Positions 39,195 to 52,400 of a DNA stretch of 64,000 nucleotides are shown one piece after another. The stretch comes from Trichosphaerium sp. ATCC 40318 (lineage: Eukaryota > Protista > Tubulinea): the NCBI GenBank assembly GCA_038496445.1, contig JALMLS010000378.1:62001-126000 (forward strand). The letters are read 5' to 3'. Numbering within the stretch: position 1 is the stretch's first letter; the number at the start of each line of letters is the position of its first letter. The notes beneath the pieces are model-generated. The model ran no database searches. It was not told the origin of the DNA and saw nothing but the letters and a program-made list of their open reading frames with translations. Both the position numbers and the translations under genes were made by a program.

Positions 39195-40297
39195 CTAGCA
39201 TTTACAATTATTATGTCTTAATTCTTCTGTGGAACCACTTCCATTCTCTAAATCTACATTGTCTTTATCGTTCTCCCTTTGCTGTTCAATCTCTTTGGCA
39301 TTTGAAACAATCCTATCAACAAGGAACGTAAACGCTTTCTCTATATTGATATTTTCCTTTGCTGATGTTTCAAACCACCCAGCTATTTTATGCTCTCTAC
39401 CTGTGTTACAAAAAACCATGTCAGAGAAACGCGTCATACAAAAAAAGAAAGGACTTACAAAATTCCTCCATTTCTAGTTTGCTTTCAGAGAAAATAGACT
39501 CACCAAGCAAATCGACCTTTAATGTGTTTTAAGAATTGCGTACAACTATAGTGTATGTTTCTACTTTCTCGTACCTTATTTGCGAGCAGAATAGCAGGTA
39601 TAGGCTCGTCATTTGGTAACCGTACTTTTTGGTCTATGTCAAATTTCCATTTCTTACTTGCATGAAATGTGCTCACTCTAGACACATCAAAAACAACTAT
39701 AGCACCAACGGCATTTCTGTAATATACCTACGACATCATTAGAAATGTTCGGAAAACGCCAATATTGTACACTGGTCATCGTATGATATCTTTCTTGTCC
39801 CGCCTAGCTAAAGTCATAAAAAATGCCAAAACAGTTTTTAACAAAAGAAAAGTTTGATGATTTCTTACGATGTCCCAAAGGTTTAATTCCACTGTCGTAT
39901 GCAAATCAACGGTAACGAAAACAGTTGCGAAATTTACACCAACCTACAAAAATTGGTAATGTGTTCACGTGGTTTCAAGTAGGAACCGGTTTTTACGCAC
40001 TGTAGATTCTGTATCTGCATAAAAATCACCATCTGCGAACCTTTTTATAATAGACGTCTTACCAGACCCTATATCACGTGTTAGGTAGTATATTACGTGA
40101 TTTTAAAACACTTTAACATAATAAAACACTCAAGTGCCTTAGAAAAACGTAAAATCACGTGGGCTGTGCAGTTCTTTGAGAGAAAGCGCGGTACCTAAGT
40201 CTCCAACAACGATTACTTTGTATTTTTTTGGTTTCTTTCTTTTAATCTTATTACTACTTGATACCTTGCTTGTTGTCTCTGGAGATTCTTTTGACAT
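39195..40297 (-). CDS. Rab GTPase, Rab32/38-like
   Basis: YKVIVVGDL|GSGKTS, WDI|AGQERY, VYYRNAVGA, VRLPNDEPIPAILLANK, WFETSAK, C-terminal CKC. Confidence 0.85.
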
Positions 40298-40504
40298 TAA
40301 GAACCAAACACCGAAATAATTTTTTTAGGGTAAAGAACATAACAAAAAAAGCAGTCAATCGACATTCAAAAATTGTGAAATCTACAGAGCTCTATGTATT
40401 CGCGGATATATTTCTTGATTAAACCATAGGCGGACCATAATATACCTGCGGTTGTGCGTGTTGATAGTAGTAAACTGGCAAAAAGTTGTTTAATTTGTGA
40501 AAGC

Positions 40505-40642
40505 CTTTTACTTTTTGGTTTTATTTTCTTAATTATCACACGTCATCACAGTTTTTACTTTTGAGTAATCGCCAACATTAGCAATATCAGTACAGAAGAT
40601 AAAAGAGATCTACATGTCACCATCATGAGATGTTTGGATGTA
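40505..40642 (-). pseudogene. Duplicated 3' fragment of the F-box/DUF1963 gene at 43242-44418
   Basis: High nucleotide identity to about 43215-43355 (ttttgagtaatcgccaacatt..catcatgagatgtttggatgtac). Confidence 0.85.
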
Positions 40643-40652
40643 CCAAACAAAA

Positions 40653-41000
40653 AGTTTTTTTTTTTTGTTTTTTTTTTGTTTTTTTTTTTTTTTTTTTTTT
40701 ACATTCTTGGGCTTCCGCCTTCGAATGCCATTTTTGCTAGATCAATGTCATAGCTGGATATCATTATGATATTTGATACGCCTGTAGGTGGGTAGTAGAG
40801 GTCTTCTACCTGTGGGTCCCAAGTCAGAGCGTATGTGTAGTCTGGGTTGGTATTAACCAAGATGCTTTTAGGGACTGTGACCGTGACTTTAATCACTAAT
40901 GGTCTGCCCAGGAGAGAATTGTATTTTTTACGAGCGTACTTTCGCACTGCTCGGAGTAGTCTTGACATGTCAAGCAGAAGTATAGATATTGTAGTTGTAG
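40653..41000 (-). mobile_element. Possible retroposed sequence: ORF ending TAA fused to an about 45-nt interrupted poly(A)
   Basis: T-rich tract at 40653-40700 directly abuts the stop of ORF 40699-40968 and lies next to the break in the DUF1963 fragment; 5' end unknown. Confidence 0.35.
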
Positions 41001-42255
41001 TATTCGTATGCTTCCACTAGACAAAAAATCAATTTTGCTTTTAACCAAGTAATTTTTTGCAATAAAAAAATTGTGGTTTGCTACAGTTTTCTTAAAAACC
41101 GTTCCAATGTGTTGTACGCACTCATCTAAGCACATTGTTATGAATTTATAGTATATATACGGATTTCGATGTTGGGTTTTGAGATGTAGAGTTATGAAGT
41201 AAATCGGGATTGTCTTTTTGAGAAACAAATGTGAAAAAATGTGAAATTCGAAAAAAGACGTAAATGCAACTTACACTGGTTTATGCGTTTCCGTGTGGTG
41301 TCTTCCAGGCGTATTATGATACTCATCTATATTTACAATCGACAGTAATTCACTAAAAATCCTAAGAGCTCAGAATTTGTGCGATCAACCTGTAGTAACT
41401 TGAGGTATGTTATTAGCGTAGAGTAAGATGTTTCCGAGTTGTTTTGATCCAAAAAAGCTTGATCTTTCTGTTATCACTTCCCTAAAGCGCTTATCGCTCA
41501 AAACATGCCTGCATTTTATAACATAAATGAAATATAGCGTTGGTGACGCTTTGAATCAGATACTTGCTTTTTCGGTTTCAAAAAACGTGATCGTACCGTT
41601 AATAATTTCTTTCAGCTTTGCTCCGGGGAAAAGCGTTTATGTACTATGAGAGATGGTTTCCTCGCTTTGACACCCTTGTTGGCAAGCTTGTTGTTTGGTT
41701 TCAACCAGCATTTCTTTTTTTTTACCTCAAAAACCGCTATCATTATTCGCAACGCGTACCATAATGTATTCATGATGCTTTGAAGATCTTTTTAGCTGGT
41801 TTTGCACCAACTAAAGCGATCTTGCTTGGAAACTCTTAAGCATGGTTTGTTCGCGTTATGAGCACAGATACAGGTAGAGAACGCAAACAATACGAAAGTG
41901 AAAAAAGTAAAAGTTATCACGCTTAAACTCTTTCAAAAAATGTCACACGTTTCTTCATCTCCATGCCGTAAAGAGTGTTGACTTCGAATTCATACTTCCA
42001 TTGAGCGAGTAATTCCTTGCTGAAGATTAATTCAACTTGAATTTCGCTATCTTCTTCCTCAGGTAAAACGTTAGCACCACTACTTGCTTGTACCTTATTT
42101 CCGTTGCGCCTGCATCTGCGCTGTTGTGAGGTCTGGGGTTTTCTTGTCAAAGTTGGGAGGAAGTATGCTGATCATCTTGAGGAAATAGTCGACTATTTCC
42201 AACTTTTTACGTTCTGGCGATAGATTCGGTATTCTATTCGTTTGGAACATCGCTA

Positions 42256-42380
42256 GGTGGAGTGCCATACAAATGCTGGTGTATTACAAACAAGGCTTGT
42301 TGCACTGGATGTAAACCAAAAGCAGCCGCACGCAATCACCAGGCTTTGATATTCATTCCCTTCATCGTGGATTGTCATAA
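42256..42380 (+). pseudogene. Inverted relic of the 3' end of the Reeler/LPMO-like gene
   Basis: GGVPYKCWCITNKACCTGCKP..GFDIHSLHRGLS* versus GGMPYKCWCIRKNACCNGCRP..GFDLFRLHRGSS* at 19775-19900; contains a frameshift. Confidence 0.85.
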
Positions 42381-42626
42381 ACATTTCAAGACTTCTAGCA
42401 ATGAACACTTCAATAAAGCATTCTAATCACATCATTATTTTTTTAACGTGATCATCACGTGCGATACAAGTTATTTTTAACCAGGTTTTCTTTTTTCTAC
42501 ATACTTTTGTATATCACTGTTGGTATTGAATCACATGTTATAATCGACGAAACAGCTGTTCAAGTTGACCACCATTGACAACTACTCAACCAATTTCTTA
42601 CTTCACTGTACAGCGTTCACACTCTC

Positions 42627-43013
42627 ATGGCAGGACAAGAGAATAAAACGTTATTTAAGCTAAATAATAACCAATTCTACACTGACGCATCCCAAATTAA
42701 AGCAGGCGATACCGTAGAGCACGTAATACAATACCGTGGGCCCACTCTTAGCTCAACAACAACTCCAAGTACGAATGAGGACTCTCCAGCCAACAAACCA
42801 GCTAATCAATGCCAATCAACTTCATATTTTTGTTGGGGCAGCAGACAACATTTTTATGTAGAAATGCCCAAGATTCTAAAGAAATTGGATGGCAGGGAGA
42901 TCGTTAACGTCTTTGCGGGGAAACACCAGGGACCCTTCGCCATGGAAATTGTAGTTATATACAAAAAGCGGACACCTAATGAAGCTCGCCTTCCAGATCA
43001 CATTCAATGGTAG
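42627..43013 (+). CDS. Hypothetical protein (128 aa, intronless)
   Basis: Clean ORF with ATG and downstream AATAAA. Confidence 0.5.
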   Translation: MAGQENKTLFKLNNNQFYTDASQIKAGDTVEHVIQYRGPTLSSTTTPSTNEDSPANKPANQCQSTSYFCWGSRQHFYVEMPKILKKLDGREIVNVFAGKHQGPFAMEIVVIYKKRTPNEARLPDHIQW

Positions 43014-43241
43014 ATAACTTGCTTGTACTAAAAAATACAATAAATTTATGTCTTAAGCAGTCTATAACTCCTTTGAGGCACTTTGTGCCAATTAGACAAT
43101 TGTAGGAGGCACGACTATCCAGGTTTTGTCGTAAGCTGATAATCTCGGACCAACGATAAGATTAGTTAGTAGTGAGTTTTAAAATCAATGAAGTGAGAGC
43201 AAATTTTTTTATTGTGTTTTCTAATCTTTTTGGTTTGATTC

Positions 43242-44418
43242 TTATGCATCATCACACATCATCATTTTGACTTTTGAGTAATCGCCAACATTGGCAATAT
43301 CAGTACAGAAGATAAAAGAGAACCACATGTCTCCATCATGAGATGTTTGGATGTACAACCTCTCGTTTTCACTTAACACAGAATTGCCTTGGTTACAATA
43401 ACTCTCGTATCCTCCAACACGATTACTGGACGGAAAATACCCGTCACGGAATGTGTACCATGGTCTGCCACTTTCAAAGTCCTCAAGTGCTTCTCTACTA
43501 TCCCATTTTTTATCTTTCTCTAAGTCTTCCTTAACCAATGACTCAAGCTTCCAGTGTTCGACAAAAAGGGTATCTCTTATGCCTGGAGCTACACACCTGC
43601 GTCCTAATCGTCCTTCCGCTGGCGCATAACCTCTGGCCCTTCTCAGTTTATTGTAATCTTCGGTATCCTGAAACAATAATTAGATTTCACGTGAAACGAA
43701 CAAAAGAAAAAAACAAGAAAGTAAGCGCACAATGTGGAACATGGAAGGACTTTGCCAATCAGTCTGAAAAAAGTACAAAATACCATTCTTCGGGAATAGA
43801 TCTTGAGTGCTCAACAAGTGACGAAAATCACGCATGTCAAGCTGCGCAACAAGTGCCTTACCATCACCAATGTTCCAGTTGGATATATCAGCATTATGAG
43901 GAACCATAGGGTGACCACCAATAAAGGATTTGGTTGTAGAGGAGCGACTACCAGAGAAGCTTCCAATAATTGATAAAGCACCCTCGTACTTTTCTTTCCA
44001 AGGAACAGTCTTGGATACGATTTTTTTCAGCTTCTCCAACTCGGATAGTATTTCTAGGAACTGATCCTTGAAGATAGACTTGTATGTAACCTAACAGAGC
44101 AAAGATCAACTCTCAAGGTACTAAATAGAGGATAATAAAGCGTACGTTATCACCAAACAGAGCTAACCACTCTGAAACATTGATCTTCATGGTTTTGAAG
44201 AAAGTGTGTTCGTTCAGCGTCGATTCTATGACATTGCGATACACCTTTTGTTCGAAAACTGGGTTCGCTGCTTCTTTGTGCCAGGTATTTGATACGGCGT
44301 GGATAGAGCCGATACTAGTCCAATGGCTTTGTAACAGAATGTGACGCCATATTTCTGTTGGTAGAGTTGGCAAAGGCATGTCTTCGCCTACCTGGCTTTT
44401 AATTTGTTGCTCAGCCAT
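43242..44418 (-). CDS. F-box + DUF1963 (YwqG-like) protein
   Basis: LPTLPTEIWRHIL F-box; KSFIGGHP..LVAQLDMRDF..FPKNGILYFF, RVGGYESYCNQ, DGDMWFSFI..D....DYSKV fit the DUF1963 pattern; two introns. Confidence 0.7.
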
Positions 44419-44959
44419 TTAGAAAAAAACGGATTTGAGATAGTGTCTCAACGTTGATTTTTTTTCTTGGTATGTTGGTTACCAGTCGCTTTTTTTGTTG
44501 AATATGACGTTTCTCGATTGTAATTGGTTGGATGACCAAACTAGTCCAAAATGAGTTCAAACGTAACAGTAGCTGTGCTGCTACAGTAGAGGATTGGATA
44601 CTAGCAATGTTTTAGTTGCCAGTTGTTAGTTTTCCAAAAATTGTATAAACTGTCTACCAGATAAAGGCGACAGGCACCAGATGCTCGTGTGTGTAGAAAA
44701 GGGTGGTAAGTTGAAAACTTAACCATAATTTTTTCGCTATTGATAAGGCTAATCAGTCGAGTTGGTCAAATACAACATCCTGCAGAATTACTAGTGATGC
44801 CCCGAATGACTTGGATTTGTTAAAACTGTAGTGCACACAGATGTTTACAGGGAAACTGTAGCTGTGAAATAAAGTTTTACTATCCATAATTTTTTGAGCT
44901 ACATCCACAAGAAATCATTATTTCAGAATTGAGAAGGAGTAACTATGACTTTGGAACAA

Positions 44960-47640
44960 CTGAGTGTGAAGCTGTTGGTTTATTAAGCACATGGTGTTTG
45001 TTTAAGGAGCATTGCAAACGACAGTTTGTCTGACACCTTCTTCACAGATATCGTATCTCCATTTACCAGCATCAGTGCCACTTGCAAAGATACTCACACA
45101 ATCGACAATAGGATCGTTGTTGTTTGATGAATCAAAGTTGGTGTATGTCACTGCAGATCCGTCATGCCATACGAGAGTACCTATAGTACAGTAAGACTTT
45201 AGAGTTACCTCAAACTACTACAAATCGAACATACCTTCATTGGCTATTTCATTCGCACCAATCCAACATTGAGAAGCGCCAGCATCAGCACAAGCTTGTT
45301 GTACAGCTGCGTTGTCTGCTGCATTTGTAATCTTGGCCATATCTGTTCCGTAGGTAGATTGGCATGCATCTTGTCCAAGTGAAGCATCATATGTTGAAGA
45401 AAGTGTCACATATGAGTGCACAACAGGAGCATTGCAAAGGATCGTCTGCCTGACACCTTCTTCGCATATGTCATATCTCCATTTACCAGCATCGGTACCA
45501 CTTGCAAAGATACTTACACAATCAATGATAGGGTCATTGTTGTTTGATGAATCAAAGTTGGTGTACTCAACAGAAGAGCCGTCATGCCATACAAGAGTAC
45601 CTTTATCAACAAAGTTATATCCATTACTTTCGAAAGTAGTGGATACATACCTTCAAGTGCTATTTCGTTTGCACCAATCCAACATTGTGAGGCTCCAGCA
45701 TCAGCACATGCTGTTTGTGCAGCGATATTGTCAGCTTCAGTTAGAATCTTGGCGAGATCTGTGCCATACATAGATTGACATGCATCTTGACCAAGTGAGG
45801 CATCGTATATTCCACCAGCAACGTATGATGCAGTTTCAGGAGCGTTGCATACTACAGTTTGTCTGACACCTTCTTCACAGATATCGTATCTCCATTTACC
45901 AGCATCGGTGCCACTTGCAAAGATACTCACACAATCGACAATAGGATCGTTATTGTTTGATGAATCAAAGTTGGTGTATGTCACTGCAGATCCGTCATGC
46001 CATACGAGAGTACCTATGGTAGAGTAAGAACTTACGAGGTGCCATATGAAAAACGTTTTAAAATTCTAGGTACCTTCATTGGCAATTTCGTTAGCGCCAA
46101 TCCAACATTGCGATGCTCCAGCATCAGCACAAGCTTGTTGTACAGCTGCGTTGTCTGCTGCATTTGTAATTTTGGCCATGTCTGTTCCGTAGATAGATTG
46201 GCATGCATCTTGTCCGTAGACAGCGTCATAAGTAGAGCTGAGGGTAACATAGGTTGATGGAGCCATTGTAGGCGCGTCGGTAGGGGCTGCAGTGACAGGT
46301 TCGTTGCATACAGCGTATCTGAAGGCGTCACATGTTTCGTAGAACCATCCAGAAAAAAGGGTTGAGAGTGCAACACAGTTTCTTCCAGCACTATTCCTGG
46401 TGACAATGAAAGACATGAATCGGTTGTAGTCTACAGTACTTCCATCTCTCCAAAGGAATATGTCTGTAATTAAAAAGTGAGACCTTGCTATGATGGAGCA
46501 TTTGCTTAAACGCAGTACCTTCATCAAGGGCATCAGTAGCGCCAATCCAACATTGCTCACCAAGTCCAAGGGCATTACAGGCATCAATGGCATCATCGTG
46601 GTCTTGTTGAGAAGTGATGGTTGCTAGATCTGTGCCATGAGTACTTTGACAAGCAGCTTGTGCATCTGTCGCTGACATTTCAGTTGATAGAACGACATAC
46701 GCATTGGCCACACATACAATCATTGATATCAGTATCTACGAATTGCACTATGTTAGAGCACAGGCGAAATTTAACAAAAAGTGAATGTCGTACTAAGAGT
46801 TTCGAAGTGTTTATCATTTGAGGATACAGTTGTAAGTTTGTTTGTTTGTTGTTTGTTATGTTTGTATTGTTGATATTTGTTTTATTGCCTGGCTAAAGAG
46901 TTTGCCTATCAAAACTTGGTGGTTTCAACGTGTTGTAGTCGTGTTGGTCGAGGCCAAAAACAAACCACGAAAGTAATCACTGAAAAAAATAAAACTTGTT
47001 CAAAACTTGCTGCATGAACGAAGAGTTCAATTGCAAGACAAACTTACTCGCTTGAAAAAAAATAAGTAACATCACATCACAAAAAAACGGTTGACAACAA
47101 TCGCGAAGCCGTGTATCTCCACAAAAGCACAAACGCTCCAGCTAACACTAGAACATGTTATTTTGTGTTGGTAAATATTACTCTTCACGACACGCGCGAA
47201 CTCGCTCACTCTTCACGGTACATTCAAGTACTCGGGTGTGCAGCGTGGAATATTGGGGTTAAGACAGTAAAGAAGCTCGTGGACAATTCAAAAATAAAGT
47301 GTGCACGTGTGAACAACTTTTTTAATGTAAACGTAACGGCGCTCGCTAGCCCACGAAAAAACACTCACATTGGCTTTTCACCCACCGTTATGAGTAATCG
47401 TAGGGCGTTGTGTCTCTAAGACCAAAAGATAAACCTATTGTTACTAAACAGTTTCGCGATATGAGGGGCACGATTACTACAGCTATCAGATCGTTGTCAC
47501 GTTAAAATATACACGTGAAGTTGCTATTGATTTGAGTAAAATCTGAAACGTTCTAGCATGGCTTTTTACTAAGAATAGTTTGGGAAAAGGTTGGTTTTGT
47601 TTACACTGTTGCTGTTTAGCCTATCACGTGATTCAAACAG
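44960..47640 (-). repeat. Right arm of inverted segmental duplication
   Basis: Reverse complement of 16880-19580. Confidence 0.9.
45002..46817 (-). CDS. Secreted protein with four C-type lectin-like domains (copy B)
   Basis: Near-identical to copy A; indels seen fall in introns. Confidence 0.9.
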
Positions 47641-47750
47641 CGTTCAAGGTTAAACTAGCTCTTTGCACATGCGCCTCAGGTATTTTTACCACTGATTAGT
47701 GTCACCGTAAGCGCGGAGCACTGGTTAAAAGAACGTGTGCTCTTCGTGTT

Positions 47751-49179
47751 TCAATCGTAATTACCTATTATTATACCTTCTCTACATAAAGAATCTTTAA
47801 CATCTCTGCTGAGCTGGTTGCCATCCGCCCACAGGTACTGCAAACCCTTCAAAGCCTTAATCCCATCTTCTGTAACGCTTGTTTTTGATATATTAATACG
47901 TCGCACGCCCACCAATGCCTTGATACCCTCATCTGTAACGGAAGTACCTGTTAAAACAATATGATCTACACCTGCCAATGCTTTTATACCTTCATCTGTA
48001 GCTGAAGTATATGAGAGATCAATATAATCTGAACCAGGTAATGATTGTATACCTTGGTCGGTAATAGAATCACAACCGCTCAAACTAACATCACGTGCGC
48101 CAGCCAACACCTTCAAACTTTCATCAGTTATGCTTGTCTGTCTTAAAAAAATCTCTTCTACACCTGCTAGTGCTTTAACACCTTCGTCTGTCACCTTTGT
48201 CTCTTCTAAAACAATTATATGCACGCCTGCTAGCGCCTTTATACCTTCGTCTGTAACCTTAGTATAAGATAAATTAATTTCATAAACTCCAGCCAATGCT
48301 TTTATACCCTTGTCTGTAATTGAGTCACAGCTACATAAATCAATAGTATGCACACCAGCAATAGATTCAAGACCGCTATCAGTTATCAGGCCATTACCAT
48401 CAATACTCAATGTGTGTACTCCAGCAAGCACAGCAAGACAGTTATCTGTAATTGTTTCGTTGAAAGACAAGTGTATAGCATGAACACCAGCAAGAAGAAT
48501 GACCTCTTTCTCTGTAACTACGTCTCCAAGATTTATCTCAAACACACCTTTAAGTGCTTTTATAGTTTTTTCTGTTATACCTTTACACCCAACAAGTGTG
48601 ATAGTATGAACGCCCTTTAATGTTTGTATTCCTTCATGTGCTATTGCAGTGCGTCCAATGTCAATAGTATGACAACCTTTGAGTGCTACAATGCCTTCAT
48701 TCGTAATATCTTTGCAAGCAAAAAGCTTAATAGTATGAACACCTTTCAATGCTTTGATTCCTTCATCTGTAACTGATGTCCAAGAAAGATCAATAGTGTG
48801 ACACCAGCAAGTGCTTTGATTCCTTCATCTGTAATACTTTTGCAATGTGAAATATCTATTGTATGTACATCGTTAAGCAATAGTAAGCTGGTGTCTGTTG
48901 TTTTTCTAAATCGTACAAAAGAAACACGTGTATTTCGAAGTAGAGGGCTACCAGATAGCATAGATATCCTATATTCATTCTTTACTGTAATACAGCCATA
49001 TCCAACATGGTTATGTACGATGTTATGCATTAAATGACAAGTTTGCGCTGAAATAAGCGTAAAGGCATTGCATTTAAGAATATGAGATAATTTCGACTGG
49101 CAGCGTAAAAAGCAGACAGTTCTGTTGTGCTATGTTTTTGTATCTGGTGCTTTCCTTTTGAGACGTCACCTTGTTCCAT
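47751..49179 (-). pseudogene. F-box + LRR (ITDEGIKALxGVHTIDLS) gene with two frameshifts
   Basis: F-box LFTLPVEIIS is broken at about 49085; 1-nt deletion at about 48800 (ggtgtcacact for GVHT); about 15 LRRs. Confidence 0.65.
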
Positions 49180-49442
49180 ATTTTATTGCTGTAGCTTTTT
49201 AAAGTCAAATAAAGCTGTGTTACTACAACAGATAAAACAGCTACCCAAAATTATGGGTCTTAAATGTAGCAATAGACTTAATAACCAAAACATTCATTCA
49301 TTCTTCTGGATTCATTCTCCAAGTTCTTTATAAGGACAAAATATATACCACCAATAAAGTTGGGTGGATCCTACATGGCAGCCTACAATGAATTAGATAC
49401 AACAATAACTAAGAGTCGCCATTTCGATAGAAAGCATTTTGT

Positions 49443-52400
49443 TTATTTGATTTCAATTAGAAAACATGTACAAAGAACAAGAAGTAGTGTTGCTGTTGAA
49501 ACGTATGCTGAAGATGGCGAAGATCCTTGTTCTGTTGGCGATGCTACAGGTTCTGTTGGTGATGCTCCAGGTTTATTTGAAGGTGGTGTAGTTGGTTGCA
49601 TGGGTTCAGGTGTAGGTACGGATGGAGGGACAAAGTCGTTCAAACAGCTGTCAGTATTCTGTTCATTTTGAACGAAAAATTCAAGTTCTGTTCCGAAAAT
49701 ACCCGAGTACGTATTTGCTGTTACCTAAAGGTGTATAAGACACGATTCAGAGAGTAGATGTACTTACAAAATATAAATTCTCATCGCTGTCATAAAGCAT
49801 ATCTCCTGGTGTTGCTCCATAAGTTTGGAATCTTCTTTCAGTTCGAGTAACTACGTTGGTTGATAGAGTGTACTCAACATTGAGTTGATTCAAGGGAGCA
49901 TTTCCGTAATTCCCAAGATGCAACATGATCCTGAATTCATCTTGTGAACCATATAAGGCAGATACAGATATACCACGGTACTGGTTATAGTTAAAAGTTG
50001 CAGAAGTAAAATTTGTATCTAGCTCAATTGGATCTTCACTTGAGATTGTTCCGTTCTGACAATTAACCTTTACTCTAAAAGCCAAGAGTCTACCATCAAA
50101 CAACGATGGTGCCATAAGAAGCATTGTACGTGTTTCTGTGTTGTAAGCCATGTGCTTTGGGTTCATTCGTGGAAATCCACTTTCATACTGGAAGCCAGGT
50201 ATTGTATACGATTGGAATACCTACATACAAGGTTAATTGCTTGTTTTGAAAACTACTGTTTCACCAAGAAGAATAAAGTGAGAAAGTACGTACTTGTTCA
50301 AATATATAGGGTGTGAGAATTAATGTCCTTGTTAGTGAGTTTAAGGCATAGTTAACAAAGCAGTCATTCTCAATCTGTAGTACTGCCTCTAAAATATGCG
50401 TAATATTTCTGTCTTGATGTGTAATCTCTCCACCATTTGTCAACCACACAGTGGTCCTTAGAGTCTTTGTAGACCATATACCTGCATCTTAAATGAAGGT
50501 TATTTAGATAACTACAAATAGAATTGTGTACTCGGAACATAATGTGTCTGATAAATTGACCTGGAAGTTAAAAGAACGAGTGTACTCGGTGTCTTGACTC
50601 TCACAGTTTGCTAGGCGCAAATAAATTAGGATATTGTACGTATTTAAGGTGTTCGTACTGTGGCATTGGCGTCAAAGCTCATAAATCTTCGACTGCTACT
50701 ATATTGCAAGAACAATCTGACTTCATTCAATCCTTGCAAAATAGCAATTGGATAACCCTCAAATTCAAACATGTGACTGTAACGGCCAAACGCGAGATCT
50801 ATTACTATGTTGGTACCAACTATGTTGATTTTGTACCTTCGTAGGACATGAAATAGATGCGACCAAGATAAGGATAGCTGATATCATTGCCAACTGCTAC
50901 AATAAGAAAACGAACACCATTCAATGTGCCCAATCCAGTTTTAGTTACTGTGAATGTAAAGTTTCGTAAGCTATCATCAAATTGTCTGAGACTTTGTGGA
51001 AAACCGCAATCAAGAAATGAGATTGGTGCTAGAGTAGAAACATATTAGAACATCTATACTCTTGTTTTCCAATATTAAACAATACGTACATATGACAGCA
51101 GTCTCAGTTGTAATAGGAGGTGTGGTGTATTCGCAAGTATCCAATACTCTATAATAAAATGGAGTGAATCCCTCATCAGGAGTTGCAGACAACTGGGAAA
51201 TGTAAGAACAAGAAAAAAACAACATGATACTAAACGTACAATAATATGACAATCATATCCAAACAGAATGTTCGCAATATGAACAGAACCTTCACGGAAA
51301 TTAACTCCTGCTCTTGTTATATCACCGTTATCTTTCAACGCGATCACTGGTTGATATGAATCACTTCCATGAGTAATATAAGCGATGATTTCCCCGGCTT
51401 CGTCTTCAGTTGATGTCATATCGATAAATGCACTAGCTCTGTAAAATTCAATCTCAATGTTTGTTATTTCAATTGCGGTTCCTGTAAGCGATACAACACC
51501 TGCATCATAGTCCACATTCATGAATTGAATGTAGGATGTACGAGATTTTGATGTGTCCATGTTCCAAGCAATCACGTGTTTACCACGTGCAAAATTTCTC
51601 ATCACTTTGAACGAATGAGTATTGTTTTGATCCAGATTGTTAACCACAAGCGTTGATCGCTTCTTAGTGTTTGCGCCTTTTGAAATAACCACAGCTGTGA
51701 GATTGCGTTCATCTTTGGTGCCATACACGAGAAGGAGGTTATTCTTGTCTCCAAGAGTTAAGGAAATATCTTCTACATTGCTCAAGTCTAGTAGAGCAAA
51801 GTCAGCTTTACATGTACATGTACTTTGTTTGAATTCTGAGGTACCGAACGATATTTCTTTGGTCTCTTTGACACTCTCTGGAGAAGTAAAAGAGCTTAAA
51901 GTCACAAGTTTCGAAGTACTAAGGTAAGCATAGTAATATAAATCATCGACTAATATATTGATTAGAGTCAGTAAAAATGCGAGTGAATCGTACTCTGGTC
52001 ATAAACAGCGCTAAATGATCGAATGGTTGCATCATCAGGAATATCTGTTGCGTTAAGGCTTCCAACTGTTATTAGGTAATACTTATATAGCATTAGGGGA
52101 CTAATGACCTTTTCAAAACTTACACTTGATGTTGATGCATTGTAGTGAAGCCATCGTAAATATAGATCATTACTGTTCCTGCTCAAATATATAATAGCCA
52201 TCTCGTCTTTACCAGGAACTACAGCAACAAGTCTTCCGTAAATAGAATCTCCCACCTCTTGAAGACCACCATTTCCAATGCCTGAGGGACGAATATCAGA
52301 GGTTATCATGAGGCGAATAATACGTACTTGATGCTTGGCCTGCGAATACTTTAAATGTCGTTTCGATGAAACCTCGTTTTGATCTCTCAGTGGAATCATC

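Noticed and set aside
41400-42250. Degraded gene or transposon ORF
   Set aside because: Coding-like patches exist but I could not recognise any RT or transposase motif.
16880-47640. Inverted arms as terminal inverted repeats of a Polinton or giant transposon carrying a B-family polymerase
   Set aside because: The polymerase is an intron-rich cellular Pol epsilon, the arms encode a lectin, and no integrase, transposase, capsid or packaging ATPase is visible.
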